From the NCBI RefSeq assembly GCF_009914755.1, contig NC_060929.1: a stretch of 64,000 bases of DNA; one strand, given 5' to 3'. A model generated the notes under the pieces. That model was not told the DNA's origin. It saw only the letters and a program-made list of their open reading frames with translations, and did no database searches. Within the stretch, counting starts at the first letter, position 1. Every line of letters begins with the position of its first letter. The translations under genes and the position numbers were made by a program. Of this stretch, positions 41,005 through 54,907 are shown one piece after another. The DNA is from the human T2T-CHM13v2.0 reference genome, Homo sapiens.

Positions 41005-42301
41005 TTTTTTTTAAGTGTTTTAAGTTCTTGAAAAATTAGTTGTATATATCTCTTTATTTAGGACAAAATTTTAGTTTTTAAAAGTTGATCCTTCGCCTTA
41101 GTACCTGCAAATTTAAGAATTTATAAGTTATATATTAATGGTCACAGTTTCAGACTCTGGATATATTGAATGATTCCTCCCTTTATAAAAGTGAAGGAAA
41201 AAATGTAAAAGAATATTTGTGTTTGACACATATGTCTTAAGCCATCAGTCATGAGTACACTGTTGTTACCCCCAGGCCAAACGAACAAAGAGAAAAATCC
41301 CCAGCAATAAAACAATGTTTCTTTGGGTCATCCCCATCCTGTAGAACTACAAGTAGTGAAGCTCTACCTAAATTTTCAAATTGTTTCCTCTGCCCTCCCA
41401 GGATGGGGAGAGAGAAAGAGGAAGATCCTAGAATGAGTCACCAAATAAATTATTTGAGATCCCAGCAGGAATCTAGGCTTTTAGTATCCAAAGGCAGTGT
41501 ATAAATATTGCAAGTACTACTTTCTAGCCAGAAGTTCACACTGTTGTCCAAACAATGTCTACTCTGTCTCCACCCGAGGCAATAGGGAGGCTAGGGAGAG
41601 CTCACTACTTCCTCCCTCCCTCCCCACAGGCTTCAGACTCCTTCTCTTTACCTCTCCCAACTCCAGAGGTTCTATCTTCCCTATTATTGTGGTAGATTCC
41701 ATGCTGGTCTTATACTTCATGGGGGCATTACTCTTATTTATCACAGAACTGCCTATCACCACATCAAGAAGTAGAGTCTTTTGTCTCCTTCCTCATTGTG
41801 CATTGGACAGAGCCTCATGAAGACTGCTCATTAACTCCAGATGGAATTTTAGTCTCTGTCCTCCAAGGCATTTGATTTGCAAATTCATCCCCATAATTTT
41901 TCTCTTTGGAGAGGTTTTGCTATATTCAGAATGCTGAAGAAATCATAAGAAATATAATCCAGTAACATAGATAATTTTATTGATAGTTTTGAAGATTGAT
42001 ATTCTGAATAAAAATTAGTTAATGCTAATTTGGGACTCTGAAATTCATGAAAGATGTTTTTAATTCTGATTTCTCTTGATTATCTATTCCTTGGAGACAT
42101 TAATTCAAACAATGCAGTGGAAACAAATACACATGATCATTATATTTATGTTTAGTTTCTGCATAAATTACTTCTCTAATAAGAAAAGAGCCTCCTTTTT
42201 CCTTAAACAGTACACTCTTTTAGCATTCCTGCTTAGACTAATGATTCCCCCTAAGGCCTACAAATAATTAATTTTTATTTTATCAAACTACTCTAATGTG
42301 A

Positions 42302-42897
<596 letters not shown>

Positions 42898-43639
42898 GGA
42901 ACTGTTTGATTATTAAACTAGTGATGACATCTATACTTTCTTGACAAAATGGAAAGAAAGGATTCTGTTTGTCTATAACTTAAAATATATTAAACAAGTT
43001 TCATACCAAATATACTTTCTAATAGATAGTCTTAAGGTTTCTTCGAGTTTGGGAAATAAAGGAGAAACATGGAGAACACCTTTATAATTTTTTTCTCACC
43101 TCATCCACCTCTTTTTATCCAGTGAATGATAACAAAACATATGGAAAGGAAAAGGATTTAAAATATGGTTTTTAATTTTTGGCTCAAAGTATGAGAGCCT
43201 TACATCATTCTAAGTCTGAGCATCACAAATTAAGGAAAATAAATTTATCATGGAATTGTACATTGGAAGTGGTCTGTGAAGCAACAAGAATTGAGTAACG
43301 TATCCCTACCTCCCAGTTTTCACATAGATCTAATGAGACATATGAAGAACCGGGTGTTCTGCAAATTGTTGGAAATTTTTGCAACATTGAGTTCATTTCC
43401 CACTGTATAGCCTGTCTATCACTTGGGTGCGATTGAACCTATTGCAAGCTCTAGTGATTGATATTTCAAATAGGTCTAAGATAATAAATCCATGCAATCT
43501 CCTGCCTATATTGTTTGATTCTGTGTGGAAAGGTAATCAAAGTTGGTCTAGAGTGAAACATAAGATTTGAAAATTAGTGTAAGGGATGCACTCTCACCTA
43601 CTGGAGGTGAATAAGCAAGAATAGCAAGGTGAAGAGTGG

Positions 43640-43880
43640 GTCACACTTGCTACTTGGAGGCATCTTACAAACATCTTGGTAAAAAACGGATGCTATTAAC
43701 AGTGAAGAAGGGAGGCAGAAAGAAATACAATTCTTGGTGACAAGGTTAGTCTGGTTAAGCCTTTCTCCTACATGCAAACTTCTGACTATTTAGTTGTATG
43801 AGTCAATAAATTTTTTTGTTGCTTAATACATTTTGTGGTTCTTGCTCTGTTACTTGCAGATGATGCATCTTTACTGTACA
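43640..43880 (+). mobile_element. Old MLT1 (J/K/L-like) LTR 3' part
   Basis: ttagttgtatgagtcaataaattttttgttgcttaa...tctgttacttgcag...tttactgtaca. Confidence 0.5.
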
Positions 43881-44119
43881 CTGAGTTTAGCATCCTAATT
43901 GGAGGATGCGTTCCCAGGGTGAAGGTTTTATCCTTTTTCATCTGTTTGTGGGGTAACCCCATCCTATAAACTTCTACCTATTTAATAACTCCTGTATTAG
44001 TGGAGAGTGTGTTTTTTTTTTGTTTAGTAATATAGATGACATTACTCAGCTTACTAATTTTAATTGATGGCTTTAGCTAACATGCTTTTCCGATACTATT
44101 TTAGTAACTTTCAGGGGAA

Positions 44120-44250
44120 TGCATATAAAATATATATCATATATAATATACGTATATAATTACCATACAGCATAATATATAATATATGATATAGTATATA
44201 ACATATAATGTAAAATATCTAATATCTATATATTCTCTCTATATATAGAC
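44120..44250. repeat. AT-rich low-complexity tract
   Basis: Degenerate (AT)/(ATA) repeats. Confidence 0.7.
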
Positions 44251-44477
44251 ACACAAACACACAAAATTTTACTTGGATATAAACTGTTTTTCTTTTTTCT
44301 CAATCAACAATTTCTATTCTTCCTATTTTCCAGGTATATGCATATCTTTAGTTCTTACAGATGCTTAGTATTTAATTAAGAATATACATACATACATATA
44401 TTATTTTGTATATTATTTTATATATTTGTATATTGTTCTGAATATTAAATATACATATATTTATGTTCTTTTTCCAT

Positions 44478-44640
44478 AAAGGACATTAGTGAGACAATTG
44501 GTGAAATTTTTGAGTAAGGTATGTAGATTAGAAATAATATTGTATCAATGTGATATCCTGATTTTGTTGATTTTACTATCATGTAAAAGAATGTCCTCGG
44601 TTTTTGGAAATATACACTGACATACCGAGGAATTAAAAGC
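44478..44640 (+). mobile_element. L1MC/ME 3'-UTR fragment
   Basis: aaaggacattagtgagacaattggtgaaattt...atattgtatcaatg...gaatgtcctcggtttttggaaatatacactga. Confidence 0.65.
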
Positions 44641-45954
44641 TCTGCCTTAGGCTTAGGAAATAGGGAATGGTCCCTTTCTTTATTTCTTCTCCTCATTCTT
44701 TTCTTGTCCACTTAAGAAGCTATCACTGTCTCTTCCACACATGAAGCATGAGAGGAACAGAATTAAGGGGACAACAAAGTTTTTCTTAACTGGTACCTGT
44801 GTAATTTGCATTGGTGCTTTCTGGGCTTGGTGGTTTCAAGAGAGAACCAGTGCTTTTATTGCTTCACTAGAAACCCTCTTTGGGACCATTTAATTGTATT
44901 TCTCAAGATGCTAGCCATGCATTTTCATCCAGCTGGCTAATTCCATTTCTTTCTTCAGTTTCTGGGAATTCAGTACTTCAACCTATATACTAGGGTTACA
45001 ACTCACTTCCAAGCATTACTCTAGGGCAAGGTTCAATGTGATCTTCTGTGAGACTCAGATTTGGTCCTGAGAAATACGAATACATTCTTGGAACTGATAA
45101 ATTTCAGAATCTAGAATGTTCCCAGTGCAGCTACCTATCCTCATTCAGAGCATCTAGCAAGTTTCTTTTCCAATTGAGACTTTTCAAGGTATGGAATAGA
45201 GTTCAGGGCACAAAGTTCTTGCAAGTATCCTCTTAGTTGGCCTTTATTCGCTCTCTCCATGGTGGGGAGGTAAGAAGAAAATGCCCCAACACATTTTTTT
45301 CCCAAATTAATTGCCTTCTTCAGACCTTTCAGTACTAACTCTTTTTGAGATGAGTGCTTGATTTACGAACTCGTAAAGAGTGTTCTGCCTTGTCTTTTAC
45401 AATTACTGCATAAGATATCTACCACATGTCATTGAAATGTGAGAATATTCACCACGTATTTTTTATTTTTTGATGGTGTTCGGTCACCACAGCTAGAACT
45501 AAGACGGAAAAAAATTCACTTTAACATCCTGTTGTAAGTGTTACAATAATTCGGATCTGAAAAAGCAGCAGAATCCACATGCTGAAGTTGTACATGTGTT
45601 GGAAGATGACCTAAAGCAGTTATTCTAAATTAACATACTCATTTTCAATATTTAAGTGCATATTGTTTATATTATGTCTCTTGAGATATGGTATTTGTTC
45701 TGTTTTTGTTGTTGTTTCCGATGCTGAGAAATACTGCTTTATTAGTTTCTTTGAAACTTTCTCATTTACCAAAAGCTAACATGAATGCATACATTGATTA
45801 GATTTATATCCTTAAACTTATGTGGATGGTGGGCTAAAAAATAACTATCCTTTTTAATTTATAAGCTGAAATCACCAAAAAATTATTCTATTTATACTAA
45901 AGATTATTATAATCAATAATTATGATGTTATTATTTAACAGATCTTTTCCCCCT

Positions 45955-47103
45955 GGTGTTGCTATAATTGACAAAAAGTATGTATGTTTGGAGTATACAA
46001 CAAGATTTTTTTAATATGTCTACATTTTGAATGGATTAAATCAAAGTGAATTAACATGTTCATCACTTCACATACTTTGAATTTTGGTAGTGACATTTAC
46101 CATCTATTCTCTCAGCAATTTTCAAGTATACAATACCTTCTTATTAACTATAGTCATCATGCTTCACAATAGAATCCTAGAACATATTCATCCTATTGAA
46201 CTGAAACTTTGTACTCTTTGACTAACATCTTTCATATCCTCCTCCTTCCCCTGCCCCAGCTCCTTGCAATCACCATTCTACTTTCTGCCTCTGTAAGTTC
46301 AGTGTTTTTAGTTTCCACATGTCAGTGAGATAACGCAGTATTTTTCTTTCTGTGCCTGTCTTACTTCACTTAGTACAATATCCACTAGGTTGATTCACGT
46401 TGTCTCAAAGGATAAGATTTCCTTCTTTTTCAGAATGATTAGTTTCGTACTGTGTGTCTATATCGCATTTTTTAAATCCATTCATCTGCGCATGGACATT
46501 TAGGTTGTTTCCATATCTTTGCTATGGTTAATAATGCTGCAATGAACATGGGTGTACCGATATCTCTTTCACACCCAGATTTCATTTTTAAAAATATATA
46601 CCCAGAAGTGTGATTGCTGGAGCTCATGGTAGTTCTATTTTCAACTTTTTTAGGAACCCCATACTGTTTTCCATAATGGCTGTACTAATTTATATTCCCA
46701 CCAAAAATGTATAGTGGTTTTCTTTTCTCTACATCCTCTCCAACACTTGCCTTTTATCTTTTTGACAACAGCTATTCTAACAGGTGTGAGGTAATCTCTC
46801 ATTGTGATTTTAATTTGTATTTCCCTGATGATTAGTGATGTTGAACATTTTTTCATATACTGATTGGCCATTTGCATGTCTTCTTTTGATAAATTTCTAT
46901 TCAGATCCTCTGCCCATTTTTATTTTTATTTTTTATTTATTTATTTATTTATTTATTTTTTAATTTATTTTAAATTGGCTTATTTTCTTGCAATGGAGTT
47001 GAGTTCCTTATATATGTTGCATATTAACTCCTTATCAGATGAACAGTTTGCAAATGTTTTATCCCATTCCATAAGTTATGTCTTTCCTCTGTTGATTGTT
47101 TTC
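45955..47103 (-). mobile_element. L1MA (MA7/8-like) 3' end
   Basis: ttaacatgttcatcacttcacatac...gcaattttcaagtatacaatac; ORF2 C-terminal relic [32 protein letters not shown]. Confidence 0.85.
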
Positions 47104-47234
47104 ATGTGAAACACAGATGAAGACAGAGTCTCTGATGAGCATCAATAGCCAAAGATAAAGACTCAGAAGCATAGATCCAGAAGCACTGGAAAGGAAACCA
47201 ATCAGAAAAATAAAATATTTGACCTGTTATAGAT

Positions 47235-48308
47235 TAATTTTTTATTTTTCTTTTTAAATAATGTAGACTCACAAGAAGTTGCCAAGATAGAACAGAGAGG
47301 ATCTATGTACCCTTCATACACAGTTTCTCTATTGGTTCCATCTTATGGAACTGTAGTACAATATCAAAATGGAACACTGAAATTGGAATATATTGTATTT
47401 TATAACATATATAGATTCATGTGACCTTCACAGCAGTTAAGATGCAGAACTAGTCTATGATCACAAAGATCTATCTTTTGTTTCTCCTTTATAGTCATAC
47501 CTAATCTTCTATGCACTACCCACCCCCAACATCCCCAAATTCTGGCAACCACCAATTGGTTCTCTATCTCTGACTTACTGAAAATGTTATATAGGAATCA
47601 TACAGTATGTGATCTTTTTATATTTTTTTAATTCAGTATTACTGAGTAACTTTTCATGGTACTGACATACTACAATTTAACTATTCACCACTTACAGTAC
47701 AGTTTGGTGAGCTTTCTATTTTTGGCTATTACAAATAAACTGTTATTTTGTATAAGTTGTTGTACAGACATAAGTTTTCGTTGTTATGAGGCAAATGTCC
47801 AGTAGTGTGATTGATGGGTCTTACAGTAAATATATGTTTATTACTATAATAAACTACCAAACTAATTTCCAGAGTAGCTAGATCACTTTACATTTACATT
47901 GGCAACGTATGAGAAATTCAATTTCTTTACATCTTCACCAGAATTCAGTATTGTCACTTTTTAAATTTTTGTTGTTCTAATAGTGTGCAATAATATCTTG
48001 TTATGGTTTTAGTCGTATTTACTTAATGGCCAGTGATGTTGAAGATCTTTTCATGTGCTGATTTTTCATCTGTACATTTTCTTTGGTGAAGTGTGTCTCC
48101 TTGCTTATTGATCATTTTCAATTTGAAATGTTATATTTTTAACTGTTGAACATTGATAGTTTTCTATAGATTCTAAATATGAGTCCTTTATCAGATACAT
48201 GTTTGCAAATATTTTCTCCAAGTCTGTAGATTGTTTTTTAAATCCTCTTAACCAGGTTTTTGCAAAGAAGACATTTTAAAATAATTTTTGAGTAAGTTCA
48301 ATTTATCA
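47235..48308 (-). mobile_element. L1MC/MD-type 3' end
   Basis: tagactcacaagaagttgccaagatag...tgtagtacaatatcaaaa...ctggcaaccaccaatt...gtcctttatcagatacatgtttgcaaatattttctcc. Confidence 0.8.
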
Positions 48309-48309
48309 T

Positions 48310-48790
48310 CATAGAGGAATGGTACTTTACTTCTGTGGTCTTCCAAACAAAAACACATTACCCCATTCTGATCATAGAAACATACCCAGTAAGTTCAAAT
48401 TGAGAAACTTTCTATAAAATATGTGACTTGTATCTTTCAATACTGTCATGGCCTTCAGAAACAAGGAAAGTCTGTGAAACTGTTATAGTCAATGGGAATC
48501 TAAGAAAACATATACATCGAATATAATGTGGTGTCCTGGATGGGATTCGGAACAAGAAAAGTGATAGCAGATAAAAACTCAAGAGATTCAAATAAAACAT
48601 GGACTTGAATTAATAAGAATACATCAATATCTGTTCATTGTTTATTATGACAAATGTATCATACTAATCAGACACATTTGATTAACAGGAAAAACGAGGT
48701 GTGAGATATAGAGAAGAAACTCTGTACTATTTAGAAATAATTCTGTAAATCTAAAACTATTGTAAAAATTAAGAGTTCACTTAAAAAAAT
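48310..48790 (+). mobile_element. L1MC-type 3' UTR
   Basis: acttctgtggtcttcc...aaacaaggaaagtctg...tgtggtgtcctggatgggattc...tctgtaaatctaaaactatt. Confidence 0.75.
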
Positions 48791-49096
48791 AGAAAATAAC
48801 TGTGGTTTAAAGGTTAAGGAAATTACTCAGTGCCACGAAGATAAGAAAACAAATAGAGTTGGGATTTGAATACACTACTCAAGAACTAGACCCTTTATGA
48901 TTTAACCAGGATTCTATATGACAGATTTCATACACCTGTGTCCTTCTGTGACTCATGTAGAATCACAACTAACTGAATTCAAAAAACTAACAATACTGCA
49001 CTGCATGAATCTACTTATCAGAAAAGAGCGATTTTTGTAACCATCTACAGTATAAACCTTTCATTGTGCCTCCAAAAATTACTTGAATAAGAAAAT

Positions 49097-49124
49097 CACA
49101 CACACACACACACACACACACACA
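49097..49124. repeat. (CA)14 microsatellite
   Basis: Perfect CA run. Confidence 0.95.
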
Positions 49125-49794
49125 GGCCAACTATCAAAAACATCAAAATGTGAGTAGGAAGTAAGAAATATTTGCAGATTTTTTTTGTCATAACATTAAT
49201 TCAATATTTCTACCAGTGGAAGTAGATGAGAAATGAATATATCTCTTTTCAGTTTGAATTAAGGGATAATCTTGTCATTCTTTCTTAATGGAGGTTGAAC
49301 AAATATTTAAAGAATATTGGCTAATGACTGCAAATTATTAACTGTACTAGGCACCACATCATGATTCTCACTGGGAATTTTCACTTCTTTTGTTCCACTC
49401 TGGTTCTAAGCAAACTCCTGCAATGCTCAATTTCATTAATTATCTTGCCCTTCAGGCACAAAATAAGATTAGGCTATTTCTCCTTTCTCTTTTCTTTCCT
49501 CTCTACCCTCCCTCTCTTCATTGTATTAAATCCCACACAAACACCCCTTACACATTCCCTTTATTAAAACCAACAATTAGCAAAACAGCAGTGGAAAAGC
49601 CCTGATAAACCAATTAACACTTGAGTGTAAATTGCTGACAAAGGCTGAAATGTGTTAGGCAGTCAGAAATACTTGCATGTTAATAAAGGACAGAGCTTTC
49701 TCCCCAAGAGTAAAATTTTAATGGAGGAATTTTGTAATAGGGAAATAGGGACACTTTTGGAGTTAGGACCTGTCTAGGTTTCCCTCTAGTTCTG

Positions 49795-50035
49795 TCCAAT
49801 TCAACAGACATGTATTGAGCAACAAATGTGTGACAGCATTTGATCATTCAGAGATATATAAGACACAGCTTATATAGGCTTCCAGCAACATGTAACTTAA
49901 TGAACAAAGTAGCTATAAACAAACATAAAAATTGTCCTAAAAAGTAGAGAAATACAAGAGGTTGTGAAATTATGGACAAGGGCAACTAATCAGTCTTGGA
50001 AATCAAAGTAAACTTCCCAGAGAAGGCAATATTTG
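49795..50035 (-). mobile_element. L2 fragment
   Basis: attcaacagacatgtattgagcaac...taagacacag...aacttcccagagaaggcaatatttg. Confidence 0.55.
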
Positions 50036-50091
50036 TAAAATAAATATCAATTAGCAAATAGTACTGGAGTGGGAGAGGGGGAAAAAGGAAG

Positions 50092-50985
50092 AAAGCCAAC
50101 CTTGCATTCCTGGGATAAACTCCATTTGTACATGATATATTATCATTTTTATATATTATTAGATAGCCTTTGCTAAAATTTTATAAATTTTTTCATCTAT
50201 AGTCATTGTTAGTTGTGGCAAAGCCATACGGGTTTGAAGCAACCTCAATTCTTTCCTCATCAGAAGAAAGAATTCCACCAAGGGGCATGAGACAGCATGA
50301 GAGATCAAGGCAAGTTTTAGAGCAGGAGTGAAACTTTATTAAAAAGTTTAGAGCAGGAACAAAGAGAAGTAAAGTGTACTTGGAAGAGGGCCAAGCAGGC
50401 AACTTGAGAGATCAAGTGTGCTGTTTGATCTTTGACTTGGGATTTTATATGTTGGCATGCTTCTAGAAGGTTGCGTTCCTTCTCCCCTGATTCTTTGCTT
50501 GGGGCGGGCTGTCCGCATGCACAGTGGCCCACCAGCACTTGGGGCGGGGGTTCATATGTGTAGTGTGTTTACTGAAGTTGCAGGCATACTCACTTCAGAT
50601 GTTTTTCACTTCCCAGTTCAGTGTTCCTAGAGGAAGTTCATATAACCATTAAATTCTGGCATTTTACCTCTTAGTGTGCATGCTTGATCCCACTCACCCA
50701 ACTCCCATCGTCTTATTGGGAAGCTGGTCATCAGTTTCAGGTTTTTCTATTGGGAGACCGCCTTTCCCTGGTGCCGGCTGAGACCAATTATTATTTTAGA
50801 GAGACAGATAGCTGCCTGATTGTCACCTGATAGTGACATTGCTGGTGTGTGTCAGTGGTGGGGGAGCCCTCCCTGTCCTGCTTATGTCTGACTGGCTACC
50901 TACTGTAACAGTCATGACAGATACTGGCCTGTAATTTTCTTTCTTTTTTTTTAATGTTTCTGTCAAATTTTGGTATCTCAGTGTT
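50092..50985 (-). mobile_element. Old L1M ORF2 fragment split by MER50 (50092-50206 and 50911-50985)
   Basis: ccaaccttgcattcctgggataaactcc...tttgctaaaatttt...catctatagtcat | gtcatgacagatactggcctgtaattttc. Confidence 0.7.
50207..50910 (-). mobile_element. MER50-like ERV1 solo LTR
   Basis: tgttag...gcaacctcaattctt...agaagaaagaattc...aggggcat...ctacctactgtaaca; TG...CA ends; TSD gtcat on both sides. Confidence 0.88.
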
Positions 50986-52009
50986 ACTTGTCTAATAGTC
51001 GTTGCTTTAGAGTTTGTAGTTTACATTACTTTACCACAATCTGCCTTCAAGCATTGCCCCACTTCACATACTTCAGGGCTATAGCAAAGATCAAATGCAT
51101 TCATACTTATAAGACATTTTGTACAAGACCTGACACATCTTGTCATAAGTGCCCTTGTTTGTTAATAAATAAATAATTTTAAAAATCATTTGCCACCATA
51201 GAAAGTAAGATTCAGGAAGGAGGTATCTTTCTTCGTTTTGTTTGATATTACATTCCTAAAGCCTAAGCCATTTTGTTGAATAATTTTATCCAGTGGTCTG
51301 GTTTCTAAGACACTGACAAGACCCAAGTGCTTAGGGAAAAATTTATTTTATAATTCCTTTATTTGGGTTCTTACTATCACTTATCATATAGTGATGTGGT
51401 GAAAAATGGACTTAGTCCTGTCTCCAACCTGAGAAACTTGTTGTTTAAGAAAACTGGAAGCTATAGAGAAGCTTATTCTGTAAAAGAGGAGTTCTTTTTC
51501 TTGGCATGCTTTTCCTTGGGTTTGTCTTTCCTTGGATTCAGCTTTCCTTACCTTTAAATATAGAGCTTGAAATAAGAGTGTATGCCAAGGCAAAAGGGTT
51601 TATTTTTGTGTAGTCCCCAAGTCTTTCTACTGTAATGCAGAGGACTCTGCAGTGTCATGCGCACGAGCTAAGTGACTCAAGTTCTAGTTCATTTTAAAAG
51701 ATTACTTTCCTTATCTTTTCCTCCTGCCCTCCAGCCCCCACCTTCCCACCAGGACTTCGGCTGATGATAAACATATTCTTGTTACCTGAAATAAACCTTT
51801 CAGGAGTCAGGGAAATCAATTTGCTTCTGAAAAGTGATATAGTTTACGCCTTAGGTCACGGAGAAGCAGACACTGACAGTCTGTAGGTAAGCCAGTTTTT
51901 CAGTATAATTTTAATTACCAAAACTCACTCAAGCATGCTCTACTTATTCTCTGCTAGTGGACACAAGGCAAGAGATTGATATCATAGATCCTTTCCAATT
52001 CTAGTTTTT

Positions 52010-52084
52010 GGAAGGAAGAAAGGAAGGAAGGAAGGAAGGGAAGGAGGGAGGGAGGGAGGGTAGAAAGGGAGGGAGGGAAGGAGG
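52010..52084. repeat. Polypurine (GGAA)n/(GGGA)n tract
   Basis: gaaggaagaaaggaaggaaggaaggaagggaaggagggagggagggaggg... Confidence 0.9.
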
Positions 52085-52446
52085 TCAGGAAAAACGCAGA
52101 GGGGAAGCATGACTACAACAGCTATAATTTACTTTATAATTTAAAAAAGGTAAATGGTAAATTATAAGCTCAGATACTCTTGCAGTTCAGCTGTTAGTCA
52201 TTTTTAAATTCTTATGAGTCCAAATATAGTTAACTGATAACAGATTGTCAGCATGTACAATTTTACTCTTAATCTTGCAACTTGGGCTTCTTTCCAGAGG
52301 TCTCATATTTTTAAAATATTATACATAGATGACTTGAAGAATGTGTTTGACTAAACATAATAACATTTTCAAGGGGACCAACCAGGTGAGTTTAGTACAT
52401 TCTCAAAATTTAACTCACTTTTATCATAGAGTGAACCTGTTGAGGG

Positions 52447-52450
<4 letters not shown>

Positions 52451-52502
<52 letters not shown>
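52451..52502. repeat. (GT)~26 microsatellite
   Basis: Perfect GT run. Confidence 0.97.
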
Positions 52503-52505
<3 letters not shown>

Positions 52506-54120
52506 GACTTTTGGAAACAATTCTCATTACCAATTATCATTACCTTATTTAAGCCATAGTTATTTTTCATCACTCATCTCTCAGAATCCATAAACTAAAT
52601 ATTGAGATTACGGCCCATGACCTTATGGTAACTTACTTTCTGTTCTGCCAGCATCCTGCGTTTAGAACATTACTCTCATTCGTGTAAGTACCACTTTCCT
52701 AAGCCAAGACTTCCATTAGGTTCAGATTAATGGAACTAATAAGCATCTTGTGCCTGTGTTTAAAAACCTTCCCCCACCCTGTCATTTGTACTCCCCCTTC
52801 GTGATCTGTCATTATGATGCAGTCAACTCTGAGATAATGGATGTCCAGCCAAGTTTAGAAATCCTATCAGGACTGATTCTCCTTTCTTTCCTCCACTTCA
52901 TCCCATTGGCCCTCACCCCCTACAAAAGCATTTATGCTTGTGACTTTTGATTAATTGAATAAATAATCCTTTAAGAACTACTCAGGAAGAGATATAACAC
53001 TTATTTAAAAGTTGCAAGCATGTCCTTAATTTACTCATCTTCCTGGCTATTCTCAAATCCTTCCTGTCTTATAGTTGGACACACTAATGAGAAAAACAGT
53101 TACTACTTCCTCCCAGAATAAGCCTAATTAGGAAGTTTACAAGATTAATTGTAAGGAATTGCAAAAAGGGCTTGTCCTAGAAATGATCAAGAATTTGTGA
53201 GATAAATACATTCTTTTGATTTATACTCCATTGAGACCTTAAAGTTACTTTGTCCACCTCTTAGCTTTAGTATCTATGGGCATAAGCTTCACTTTAAAAA
53301 GCAGTAAATTAGACAGCAATTGTACATTGTTGAACTAATTATGTGATCTGATCTAACACAGTTAGAGTAAGCACTTTCTGAAAATGGCATGCAAATGTAC
53401 AGCAATTCATTAAAAAGTCATATAAACTAACTTTTGAATACATAACCCAATTATTCTGGAAATAACTAAGCAACCTTATAATTTTGCTTTTTTCAAGTCT
53501 TTCTCAAAATATCTCCTTCCTTGCCTGTTTAGATATCAAAAGGTTCCTGTAAAAACTCTGCTTTCTCCAAAATGAAGAATCCAGACTAGGCCAACAACTG
53601 TCTTGGAATCTTTCCATGAACTCCTGATTTCTGGATCTAGTTATTTCTCTGACAGAACTCGGGTGCCGGAATGATACAAGGGGAAATAAGAATAGAAAAG
53701 CAAAGTGGTCCTGTTAATACTTAAACAATTATTGCCAGTTCTTACTTGCTCTCCCTCTCACTATAAAAACTCCTGGAACTAGTACTTACCTAAAAGGCTA
53801 AGCTGTGTTTAGGTTCAGAGTAAAATGGAGGAAATTTAATAATTATGAAGCATGACATTTTATTGACTATCTATTCCTGCAGGTTCTTATCACTCTACCA
53901 ATCTCTAATCTCTTCCACTTTTCTTCCACTTACTTAAAATCTTAATGTGAATTAAGGGTCAGTAAGAAACAGTTCAGAACTTAACCTACAGAGAGTAGTG
54001 TTACCTAATTAATGCGTGGCTAAACATCTCATTGCTTTGTTTGTGTTACAGCTTATTGGGAGGAGGGTATATTGTTCATAGTACTGGCATGGTGTAGGTA
54101 ATTAAGAAATATATGTGTTG

Positions 54121-54446
54121 GGCTGGGTGCTGTGGCTCAGGCCTGTAATCCCCACACTTTGGGAGGCCGAGGTGAGTGGATCACCTGAGGACAGGAATTT
54201 GAGACCAACCTGGCCAACATGGTGAAACCCTGTCTCTACTGAAAATACAAAAAATTAGCCGGGCGGGGTGAAGGGCACCTGTAATTCCAGCTACTCAAGA
54301 GGCTGAGGCAGGAGAACTGCTTGAACCCGGGAAGAGGGAAGTGGGAAGCGGAGATTGCAGTGAGCCGAGATCATGCCATTGCACTCCAGCCTGGGCAACA
54401 GCAAAACTGTCTCAAAAAAAAAAAAAAAAGAAAAAAGAAAAAAAAA
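54121..54446 (+). mobile_element. Alu (AluS) with a small gggaag expansion in the right arm
   Basis: ggctgggtgctgtggctcaggcctgtaatccc...gaacccgggaagagggaagtgggaagcggagattgcagtgagccgag...poly(A). Confidence 0.95.
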
Positions 54447-54588
54447 TATGTTTAATTGACTAGTGAAAAATATGGAGGATCAATTGGACTTAGCAGAGTG
54501 AAGGATATAATATTTTCTGTTTATTTTTCTACCTCATGTCCTTATAAGTACTGCTTGGCCTTTATGAAGTAAGAAGCTTATAGCAGCA

Positions 54589-54907
54589 CAGTTGTCCCTT
54601 GGAATCTGTGGAGGATTGGTTCCAGGACCCCTGCAGATACCAAAATCCATGGATGCTCAAGTCTATTATATAAAATCTCACAGTATTTGCATTTTATGTC
54701 CATCTTCCTATGAAATTTAAATCATATCTAGGTTACTTATGCAAGTAATACAATATCAAGGCTATGTAAATAATTGTTATACTATATTGCTTTTTATTTG
54801 CATTTTTTGTATTGTAATTTTTATTGTTTTTTTCCAAGTATTTTTGATCTAATTATGGTTGGTTGAAGTCCCGAATGTGGGGACCCACAAATACAGAAGG
54901 CCGACTG
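54589..54907 (+). mobile_element. MER2 (Tigger-derived Tc/mariner MITE)
   Basis: cagttgtcccttggaatctgtggaggattggttccaggacccc...gataccaaaatccatggatgctcaagtc...gaaggccgactg followed by ta. Confidence 0.88.

Noticed and set aside
41497-41820. 107-aa ORF with a hydrophobic stretch
   Set aside because: GTG start, no recognisable homology, no promoter or splice context; consistent with chance.
44640-45360. Possible ancient LTR or DNA element after the L1MC/ME fragment
   Set aside because: No family motif or termini that I can recognise with confidence.
48310-48790. Similarity to 17290-17730
   Set aside because: Low identity confined to L1MC-type 3' UTR sequence; explained by independent family copies.
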